Virus record (IMG/VR): IMGVR_UViG_3300037070_000996
Location: 1 to 52,812 of that record
Source of the DNA: a virus
Taxonomy: Duplodnaviria; Caudoviricetes
Direction: 5' to 3' (one strand)
DNA length: 52,812 nucleotides
Positions 45,658 through 52,812 of the stretch are shown in pieces. A program made the position numbers and the translations under genes. Numbering within the stretch: position 1 is the stretch's first letter; each line of letters starts with the position of its first letter. A model generated the notes under the pieces. The model searched no databases, was not told the DNA's origin, and was given only the letters and a program-made list of their open reading frames with translations.

Positions 45658-45771
45658 TACTCGTACTCGATATGTTAACTAAGTTAACCTATCTTCCATG
45701 TACTCGTACAGTAAAGATACTTTTAGACATCGGAAACCCGGAATAATTCCACAGTTTTTTCAATTATTTCG
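45658..45771 (-). promoter_or_regulatory. Conserved regulatory block, copy B (replication module), with ECF-like GGAATT-N16-GTCTAA
   Basis: Shares four ordered blocks with 6441-6571 and contains a GTTAAC double site. Confidence 0.7.
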
Positions 45772-45787
45772 TAAGTTCTTGATAAAC

Positions 45788-46141
45788 CTACGCTTTAAGC
45801 CTACGGACCTTTTCCTCCTTGTACCAGGCTTTGAACGGTTCGTGGTTCACAGTCCACACCCACACACAAATTACAGCACCTGTCTTAGGGTTCAGTGCGT
45901 TACCTGTCTGAGCTACGGAGCCTAGTAGTGTGTGCACTCTGGTCGCGAATCGGTGTCCGTTAGTGGCGATATCGCCAAGGTTACTCCACATAACGAAGGC
46001 TGGAGGTTCGCCTCGTGCTGGGTGGTAGAAGTGATTGGCAACAGAAAATAGAACATCTTCTATCTCGTCAGCAAGCCTGGAGATTTCAACAACACCGCAA
46101 CTTATGGAAGTGTTACGTATGTCAACTCTTGAGTGATTCAT
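45788..46141 (-). CDS. Hypothetical protein, paralog of 46554..46871
   Basis: TSISCGV...NG....LG......NPKTG..I.VWVW. Confidence 0.75.
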   Translation of the reverse strand: MNHSRVDIRNTSISCGVVEISRLADEIEDVLFSVANHFYHPARGEPPAFVMWSNLGDIATNGHRFATRVHTLLGSVAQTGNALNPKTGAVICVWVWTVNHEPFKAWYKEEKVRRLKA

Positions 46142-46142
46142 G

Positions 46143-46376
46143 TTACTCCTTTAAGATCCGGGTTAACTTAGTATCAGTGTCGTATTCAATAGTCAGGTAT
46201 TCACCGATACCGGCCTTATCAAGTGCAGCGCCCAACTCAGCGTACTGTGGATCTTTCCATACTTCAAAATACAGGTTGCCTACATGCAGACCGTCCGCTT
46301 TTCTGCGTTGTGCTACAACCTCCGCAATGCCTGTTGGTACAGCGTCGGGATCTTTCCAAGTCATTAGGATCTTCAT
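46143..46376 (-). CDS. Hypothetical protein
   Basis: MKILMTWKDPD...GEYLTIEYDT; AAGGAG RBS. Confidence 0.7.
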   Translation of the reverse strand: MKILMTWKDPDAVPTGIAEVVAQRRKADGLHVGNLYFEVWKDPQYAELGAALDKAGIGEYLTIEYDTDTKLTRILKE

Positions 46377-46540
46377 GGCTGCTCCTTGAATTTGATCTTG
46401 ACGTATGGTGCTACGATATCTCTATCAACAGCCTCCCACTTAAGTTCGAACTCCGTGACATTGGCTAAAACCTCTTTTGGAATGATAGTCAGAGCCTTAA
46501 CCAACAATTCTAGTTTGTCCGTGCTTTTACTGTCGATCAT
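46373..46540 (-). CDS. 55-aa hypothetical protein (not in ORF track)
   Basis: MIDSKSTDKLELLVKAL...; ATGA overlap with the next gene. Confidence 0.55.
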   Translation of the reverse strand: MIDSKSTDKLELLVKALTIIPKEVLANVTEFELKWEAVDRDIVAPYVKIKFKEQP

Positions 46541-46553
46541 GGTTACGCCCTTC

Positions 46554-46871
46554 TCAGACTATAGCTTTGCCGTTGTAGTTCCAGATCCAGGTCTGTATGT
46601 GCGTGTACCCCGTATTGTGATTTCTGACTTCTGGTGATTCAGTCAAAGTACCGAGACCATTATCCTTGATAAACCGCGCCAACCAAGCTCCGTTTCCCCG
46701 TTCCACATTGTCGCTGAAAATGTACGTGAAATGGTTGGCGGTGCTGTAAGGAAAAGCTAAGGCTTCATGTCGACTTATGGCACGAGCGAGGAGCGGAGGA
46801 GACTTCTCCAGTGAGGCTATATCAGCCAAAATACGTACACCGCAAGACATACTCGTTTTATTGATTCGCAC
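46554..46871 (-). CDS. Hypothetical protein, paralog of 45788..46141
   Basis: TSMSCGV...NG......LG......NHNTG...IQTWIW. Confidence 0.75.
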   Translation of the reverse strand: MRINKTSMSCGVRILADIASLEKSPPLLARAISRHEALAFPYSTANHFTYIFSDNVERGNGAWLARFIKDNGLGTLTESPEVRNHNTGYTHIQTWIWNYNGKAIV

Positions 46872-47709
46872 TTGGTTCTCCCAATATGGCGGATTTATAA
46901 GCCTCTATCGTTCGCTCGTTCTCAAGTCCCGGAGCTGTATTTACCTCGCAGACAGCCAGTCCAAGAAGCCGATCAGGTTCTTTCCTGCTATACTTACACA
47001 GTATATCGACAGCACCAAAGTCAAGCCCAAGAGCACTAACGGCATTAACAGCGGCAGCATGCACAGCAATACCAGGATGCGCAGGAAGATGTATGCCCAT
47101 GTGTGCGTGTATCCAGCCATGGTCGTGACTCCTGACTATTTTTTCAACACCAGTGCGGGTCTCCTCAGTAGCGCCGAGTCGGAGCTTTTTCTGAGTAAGG
47201 TCGATAACTCTTCCTCCAAAGACGTGAACTCGGTATTCGTGGGTTTTTCTGAAATACTTGGCGTAAAAGTCGAACTTACCACCTTCGACATCCCCTCCTG
47301 CGGGGTCAAGTACAACGATACCTTTCCCACCTGAAAGCCTGTCTCGTCTCGCAAGGACACGGTGGCCTTCACTGCGCCATTTAAGTACTTCTGAACTCTC
47401 AAGTGTACTCTCAATGGTTGGAACTCCTCCGTCCCTGAACTTGGCGTAGGACTCGATTTTACTAAGTGCATGATTGACACCTGCGAATGTGTTCAGGACA
47501 CGAGCTTTCGAATTCAGCCACCGGGGAGGTAGCGTAGTCCCCCAATTAACAATAAGACGGTTAGGATCAATGACATTTCCAGCCAGAAGTGGCCTCTCCA
47601 CCAGCCAGCGTCTGCACCCAAGCACACGACCAAGTAGACCAGCAGAGTGGCTTGCTCGATTAGCGTAAATGATGAGATCACGCCGCCTCCCGAACTGGTT
47701 GCGCTTCAT
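46858..47709 (-). CDS. ATP-grasp peptide ligase (RimK-like)
   Basis: VNWG, GGKGIVV, EYRVHVFGG, ALGLDFGAVDI and EVNTAPGL. Confidence 0.92.
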   Translation of the reverse strand: MKRNQFGRRRDLIIYANRASHSAGLLGRVLGCRRWLVERPLLAGNVIDPNRLIVNWGTTLPPRWLNSKARVLNTFAGVNHALSKIESYAKFRDGGVPTIESTLESSEVLKWRSEGHRVLARRDRLSGGKGIVVLDPAGGDVEGGKFDFYAKYFRKTHEYRVHVFGGRVIDLTQKKLRLGATEETRTGVEKIVRSHDHGWIHAHMGIHLPAHPGIAVHAAAVNAVSALGLDFGAVDILCKYSRKEPDRLLGLAVCEVNTAPGLENERTIEAYKSAILGEPSANQ

Positions 47710-48284
47710 AGTGCCTCCGCACCTGGGCCAATCTGCGGCTGCTTCTCCGGAAGCTTCGGCACAACGACGAGTGCTTTCTCCCTGTCTGCCTTAGCCTTCT
47801 CAGCGTAAGTGTCTACGTGCACGCTCAGCGCACTAGAAGGTACGATTATCGGAGAGCCAACCGGTTCTCCTGCTTGGTAACGACTGTAGAACTCCTTCAA
47901 GGCTTTGTACGCGGACCTGTCTAGGTTCCCCCCACGCCAAAGACCGTGCGTCACCACCATCGTGTGATCCGTAAGTGGGCGATCTTCCGCCCATTTGTAC
48001 GTCCACACATCTCCGTGCTTGGTCGTCGCGACCTTCACACGTCTGTACATATGCGGAACACCTTCCAGGGCGTCCAGCCTGGCCATGGTCGGCATATCAA
48101 CTTCATAGACCTCCCCAGAAACCTTGCACAGAGGAGTCAATTCGTGCATCAAGGCGGGGCAACCACCAAGGTGCAGTAACACACCCATGATCCTGTCATG
48201 CCCTACCCTCTTCGCACTGTTCAGGTAGTACGAGTTGTTGCTATAGGTCGACTTGAGTGTGCCGTAAACGAAAATCTTTTCCAT
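47706..48284 (-). CDS. Gamma-glutamylcyclotransferase (AIG2-like)
   Basis: IFVYGTLK, VSGEVYEV and LDALEG.P..Y.R. Confidence 0.92.
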   Translation of the reverse strand: MEKIFVYGTLKSTYSNNSYYLNSAKRVGHDRIMGVLLHLGGCPALMHELTPLCKVSGEVYEVDMPTMARLDALEGVPHMYRRVKVATTKHGDVWTYKWAEDRPLTDHTMVVTHGLWRGGNLDRSAYKALKEFYSRYQAGEPVGSPIIVPSSALSVHVDTYAEKAKADREKALVVVPKLPEKQPQIGPGAEAL

Positions 48285-48315
48285 CTTTGATACCAGCTTT
48301 GTTAACGTAGTTAAC

Positions 48316-49974
48316 CTAATGTACAGCGGAGATTTTACCTCCGAAGTACTCGTTCTGAACCTCCTCCTCTCCGCAGCAAACTGCGCATATTGCTGATTCA
48401 CCTACCCATCTAACCTGGTGCGCCGTCTTAGGGTCGACGAACAGACCACAATGCCCACACCCGTGTCGCGCCGTCTTGTCCACGAAATCTTGTTCTGTGA
48501 TCATCGATCCGCCTGGTCCTTGCACGTATACTGTAGTCTTCGCCTCCTTACTGCGCCACGGATCGACTGTCGCCTCTGCTTCAGCCTGTGCGTGCTCAGA
48601 CACAAGCGTGAGCGTAGGTCTGCTGTCTTCTTTCCTCGGCACCGGTGTTAGAATCCCGCCGTGGTAGCCGGTGAGTTTCTGCCTCGTTATAACAGAGTGC
48701 AGCGCACAAACTAGCACTGTCTTTCCTATCTTCTTGTTAATCTTGATGTTCACGACAATTCCATAAACAGCACTAGCTCTTTGCATCTCCGCCCACTCAG
48801 TCGCGCTCACCCACGGGATTTGTACAGGAATCGTTGGATTATGTGTCCTAGATGCCCTAACGGTCCCGAATTCCCTTTGGTTTGTGTGAAGATCGAAGGC
48901 TTCTGGTTTGAGAAGGATCTGCTGTCCGAGTCGTGCACCGTACTTGGCAACCTTAAGGAAGATTGCTTTAATTTTTCCTTTACTTGTAGGTATACCTGAT
49001 CCTCTTTTAGCGTCTTTGTTGAGTCCGTTGAACTGTGTGATGAGTTCACTAAGTTCTTTGTCTCCAAGACTGAGCCAGTGTTCGGAACCTGATTGGGGTG
49101 CCCCCCTCGGCGCGTCACTCCCGCCAGTTGCCGTACTTTTCGAGGAGGTACCGCTTCCACTCGTCTCCGTGTTCGATATCATCGAGCGGTCCTTCCAATC
49201 CGATAACTGTGAATGGCCCCGATTTTCCCATAGGGCGTCTGTCGATGACGTCTGGTTCTGGGGCCGCATAAAAGGGTGGCGACTGAAGCTCCTTGGATCG
49301 TCCACAGGAAACTTGAGATGGACGTAAGTCGGTACGATTTTAAACAAACCGTCCATTTTGACGTCGTTCCTGTTTAGTACTAGCCACAACATGTCCATCT
49401 CTGATGCCCACCAGACAACGTTGGAGTCCTTGATGAACGCCAACACCATCTCTCGCCCCTCATTACGGGCAATGTTTAGTGTGCGCTCCTTTGAGTCGTA
49501 CCACACCAGTGCGAAGGCACCTTTGAGCTTTTCCAAGCCTGCTTGTGCGCCGTGCTCGGCGATGGCATATGCAGCTGCTTCTGAGTCAACGTCTGGCCCA
49601 AAGCCCTTTGGAGTGATCCCCCAGGCGTTGTTAATGTAGCCGTTGTGAACAAGGGTGATGTGCCTATTGGTAAACGGGTGTGCACGGTGATCTCCTAGAT
49701 TGTTACTAGATGCTGCCCTATTGTGCCCTATGACCATGCGGGCGTCGCTTATGAACGGAGCGAGCGTCTTCTGGTACCCATTAGAAGTCAAGAATTCAGG
49801 CCCCCAAAGACCCCGCTTATAGACAATGAGTTCATCCCGCTTCTCTGGTAGAACGGCCATACCCGTACCATCTGAGCCTCGAAGAACATCAACTATAGTC
49901 AACTCCTCTATCAGCTTCTTGGCTTTCGGCATGTACCTGTAGCCGCCATTTACGAATCCAAAAATCCCACACAT
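48316..49974 (-). CDS. Class II (Ntn) glutamine amidotransferase with long C-terminal extension
   Basis: MCGIFG, RGSDGTG, GHNRAA, AHPF, HNG and VDSE; C-terminal CGHC...CAVC. Confidence 0.92.
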   Translation of the reverse strand: MCGIFGFVNGGYRYMPKAKKLIEELTIVDVLRGSDGTGMAVLPEKRDELIVYKRGLWGPEFLTSNGYQKTLAPFISDARMVIGHNRAASSNNLGDHRAHPFTNRHITLVHNGYINNAWGITPKGFGPDVDSEAAAYAIAEHGAQAGLEKLKGAFALVWYDSKERTLNIARNEGREMVLAFIKDSNVVWWASEMDMLWLVLNRNDVKMDGLFKIVPTYVHLKFPVDDPRSFSRHPFMRPQNQTSSTDALWENRGHSQLSDWKDRSMISNTETSGSGTSSKSTATGGSDAPRGAPQSGSEHWLSLGDKELSELITQFNGLNKDAKRGSGIPTSKGKIKAIFLKVAKYGARLGQQILLKPEAFDLHTNQREFGTVRASRTHNPTIPVQIPWVSATEWAEMQRASAVYGIVVNIKINKKIGKTVLVCALHSVITRQKLTGYHGGILTPVPRKEDSRPTLTLVSEHAQAEAEATVDPWRSKEAKTTVYVQGPGGSMITEQDFVDKTARHGCGHCGLFVDPKTAHQVRWVGESAICAVCCGEEEVQNEYFGGKISAVH

Positions 49975-51101
49975 TATTCGGTTTCTCCATCTACTAAGGG
50001 TATGTCTTGATACGTAGGAGCAGGTCGTGGTGGTGGTGGGTCGAATGCGCGGGCGTTCACGTTCATATTCAGAAAGAATCTCTCAAATGCGACGTCGTGA
50101 ACGCGAGGTTGCGGAATAGCGGCGCCCCCAGCAGGGCTCACCTTCTTAGTCCTTGACTTCTGTGTAGATGCCGGAGGGGCTTCTTTTCCCTTGGCCCACC
50201 TATCGAAAGATGAACCTGGGCCAGGTGCGAATCTAGCGGCAGCGTGTGGGAAGGTAAAGTCTTTGTATGCCAGGTTGAGTACATCCAACATACTTGAGTG
50301 CCCTATGTCCCAAAACTGGTCCTCGAACTGCTCGTACCGCAAAAGGGGCCACAAGTCGCCGAAAACCCTCTCACCGAGAGCCGTAGCGCCGAACTCGTAT
50401 GCAAACCCTATGTACCACTCTGGCCTGATTTGGGCCAGTGAGTTCAACTTCAAACTTAAGCAAACGTTGATCCAGTTGTAAACCCAATCGACATCTGTCG
50501 TGGTCAAGGCTTGCCGGAACTCCACAGAGCCGAACCTAGCCAAAGGATCGAGATTGAGACCAGCGTATTTTTCGTTGCGCAACTGCCCCGCCACGCCTTT
50601 GAGTTTCTCAGATTTGGTGGAGGCTATCTGCGATATCTTCAAGATAGCTCCGTGTGATTTATACCAAGGAAGACAGAACACATTCTCGTCCCTGTCGTTC
50701 CCTACAAATTTGTACAAAGTTGGCTCAAATAGCGCATACAGAACCAACATGTTGACGAGCTGATTCATCTCTAAATCCCGAACATCCACATGAACGTGAA
50801 GCCCGGTGCGAATGGAAGACACATACCCAGCAGTCTTGGCGAAATTACACAAACCAGTAACTGCCGTAATAACGTCTGTGCCGAAGAAGGGGCGACGAAA
50901 TACGAATTCCATCCCTCTATCGTGCAACGAATCGTCTCGTTTACGTTCCCAGTACTGCGGCCACGCTTCTGTAGTGGGCAAACCGGCTATAACTCTCTCG
51001 AACTCAAACTCCAGCCCCAAGGGGCATTTTGGCATTATTAGCCGGTGATCCGGGGTGTTCAAGGCTGATTCCGGGGGGAACCCTAAGTCGTAGCCAATCA
51101 T
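49974..51101 (-). CDS. Putative amidoligase (Amidoligase_2 family)
   Basis: GLEFEFE, DDSL...MEFV, TGLHVHVD, KYAGLN and GSVEFR. Confidence 0.9.
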   Translation of the reverse strand: MIGYDLGFPPESALNTPDHRLIMPKCPLGLEFEFERVIAGLPTTEAWPQYWERKRDDSLHDRGMEFVFRRPFFGTDVITAVTGLCNFAKTAGYVSSIRTGLHVHVDVRDLEMNQLVNMLVLYALFEPTLYKFVGNDRDENVFCLPWYKSHGAILKISQIASTKSEKLKGVAGQLRNEKYAGLNLDPLARFGSVEFRQALTTTDVDWVYNWINVCLSLKLNSLAQIRPEWYIGFAYEFGATALGERVFGDLWPLLRYEQFEDQFWDIGHSSMLDVLNLAYKDFTFPHAAARFAPGPGSSFDRWAKGKEAPPASTQKSRTKKVSPAGGAAIPQPRVHDVAFERFFLNMNVNARAFDPPPPRPAPTYQDIPLVDGETE

Positions 51102-51754
51102 AGAATGAACTCTATCTCTTTGTTAAGGGTGCGGTGGATGGTGGTGCGATACTCAGCAGCCCATTTGTGCAACTGAATGGTATTGGCCCTAAGAATAACA
51201 CCAATAGATTTGCTCTTGTACGTAAGACTTGGAAACTCGGAGTCACCCAGATACGCGCCGAAGTTGTAGCTCAGGGCGTAAGCGGGAAACTTCGGCGTCG
51301 TGCTTAGCAGGTCAGTCTGCGCTTCGTCCCAAGGTGTATGACCTTGTCTAACTGCATTGTGCACGAAGGGTGCGTGATACATGAGATCGGTCGTGAATGT
51401 TGGATAGTTCCTTTTTGTTAAATACCACCCATTAAATGATAAGTACCCAATCCTTCTTGGATCAAAACCTCGTCCTCCGTTACGAGTAGTCTGGTAATAC
51501 AAATACAACAATTCGTTTTTGTAAACTATAGTGCCTAGGCGAGGTATGCCGAACAGAACAGTGTTCTTTATCATCTCCCAGGTCATGATCACGTTGCGTG
51601 TAAGTCTCCCACTCGTGTACATAGCCATGGTAGCCACTTCGTGTTCGTAACGACCGCCAACCATGTACAGAATGTCGGGATCGACTCGACTTTTGACGAA
51701 ATGCTCAGTGTAGTACTGGATAAAATCGTCAAAGGACTCGACGTCAGTACGCAT
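51098..51754 (-). CDS. Hypothetical protein inside the ligase cluster
   Basis: 218-aa ORF coupled between the two ligases. Confidence 0.8.
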   Translation of the reverse strand: MRTDVESFDDFIQYYTEHFVKSRVDPDILYMVGGRYEHEVATMAMYTSGRLTRNVIMTWEMIKNTVLFGIPRLGTIVYKNELLYLYYQTTRNGGRGFDPRRIGYLSFNGWYLTKRNYPTFTTDLMYHAPFVHNAVRQGHTPWDEAQTDLLSTTPKFPAYALSYNFGAYLGDSEFPSLTYKSKSIGVILRANTIQLHKWAAEYRTTIHRTLNKEIEFIL

Positions 51755-51756
51755 AA

Positions 51757-52629
51757 TTAAAAGTCACCCCCAAGTTGCATTGTGTCACTGATGTGCCTCA
51801 CGAGACTGTTGGCAAGGACTTCGTCTTCGTTTGTTATGGCGGCAGCCACGTCGGCCCAAGGTATGTGGGTATAGGACCTATGTAAAGTCTCTCGAACCCA
51901 CTCGTCGCTGTATGTGCGTTTTGCGAAGTCTATAATATTGTTGGAAATGTTCTGTCTTACGTTGTCTGCCCCAAATAGCCAGAAATTGCTGAGTGTTCGA
52001 TACTCCAGACCATAAGGCTTCGGGCGATACAAACCTGGTAGGCCGTAAATCTTGCGTCGACCACCCTGTTTGTCGTACTTAACGCATGGAAGCCCAATCA
52101 GGACATCCATGTACTTGGCAAAGATGTCGGCGGGGACCGCCTCTTTGTTGTACCCGACGTGAATGTGCCCCCCTGCGTACCGCATAGCGCCAAGGTCAGA
52201 AGCACTGAACGGTTTGCGCTTGTACATGTCTTCTGGAAGCGGGCTGTCTCCAGGGGCGCCGTACGCCCAATGATCTGGAAGACACCCGATCTCTTTCGCT
52301 TTGGGGTGCTCAAGCTGCTCAGAAGTCAACTTGATAGCATTGATACCTGTTGCAATCTCCAGCTTGAGTGGATTGAGAATGTATCTTTGTAAATTCTCCA
52401 TAGCCGAACCGATGCCTTCGGTGAAGCGCGTATATCCCATGAATGCTGGGATATTGAATTCAAGAGCTGCCCCGTCCTCCTGATACGTGAAGCCTGGCGC
52501 ACCCAGCAATATCGGCAGCGGCGCCTTCTTCGTTCCTCCCACAAGACCAAAAATGGGCAGGATTGTTTGCCCCCGCTTTACGAACATCTCAGGGTCTGCG
52601 CCAATTGTAGCATTCATAGATAACTCCAA
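51757..52629 (-). CDS. phiEco32-like COOH-NH2 ligase type 2
   Basis: IGADPEMF, GGTK..P, QEDGAALEFN, GC.PD, RYAGGHIHVG, RR..YG.PG.YR.KPYGLEYRTLSNFW. Confidence 0.93.
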   Translation of the reverse strand: MELSMNATIGADPEMFVKRGQTILPIFGLVGGTKKAPLPILLGAPGFTYQEDGAALEFNIPAFMGYTRFTEGIGSAMENLQRYILNPLKLEIATGINAIKLTSEQLEHPKAKEIGCLPDHWAYGAPGDSPLPEDMYKRKPFSASDLGAMRYAGGHIHVGYNKEAVPADIFAKYMDVLIGLPCVKYDKQGGRRKIYGLPGLYRPKPYGLEYRTLSNFWLFGADNVRQNISNNIIDFAKRTYSDEWVRETLHRSYTHIPWADVAAAITNEDEVLANSLVRHISDTMQLGGDF

Positions 52630-52686
52630 GTTCTAAATGTTAACTAGTTAACCTATCTCGAGATTACGCGGGAGAGGGGTGTTTGT

Positions 52687-52812
52687 AACGGAAAAGTCTT
52701 CAACAACAGTCTTATTTTCCGCTCTATAGAAGTGCTTGATGCAGCGATTGTGGGCTACGATGCGAGCGAATTTCTTGTCATCCCTATCGTTGGGTGAGCA
52801 TCGAGCGACACC
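52687..52812. repeat. Terminal overlap copy (identical to 2-127)
   Basis: Direct comparison. Confidence 0.9.

Noticed and set aside
1984-52652. GTTAAC repeats as a CRISPR array
   Set aside because: The copies are dispersed over kilobases, only 14-17 bp long, with no regular spacers and no cas genes.
52687-52812. 126-bp end repeat as the biological terminal repeat
   Set aside because: It falls inside a gene that reads across the junction and its length is close to a common assembler k-mer (127), so it is most likely an assembly overlap.
1-52812. Prophage, retron, DGR or recoded genetic code
   Set aside because: No integrase, repressor, host genes or reverse transcriptase were seen, and the core genes are intact under the standard code.

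Overview
This window appears to be a complete, circularly assembled lytic podovirus genome of about 52.7 kb. Bases 2-127 recur at 52687-52812, and one gene reads across the junction. The architecture is two-armed, like Zobellviridae/phiEco32/LUZ24-type phages, and I find no RNA polymerase or integrase. The + arm (6.9-32.2 kb) carries an extra fibre-like cassette, an HNH-small terminase fusion, TerL, portal, scaffold, major capsid, tail spike, tail tube proteins, three ejection proteins and lysis genes. The - arm (6.0 kb -> 1 -> 52.8 -> 32.3 kb) carries early membrane genes including SPFH, a five-enzyme peptide/amide-ligase cluster, primase, helicase, family A DNA polymerase and nucleases. Two tRNAs (His, Tyr) and tRNA-like elements are present. 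The most notable unexplained signals are: (1) 12 dispersed GTTAAC-Nx-GTTAAC double palindromes, mostly at gene junctions and promoters; (2) a duplicated multi-block regulatory element heading both the late and replication modules; (3) a tRNA-like RNA with a long hairpin; (4) the amide-ligase system, whose product is unknown. All family calls come from motif recognition by eye, without database searches.
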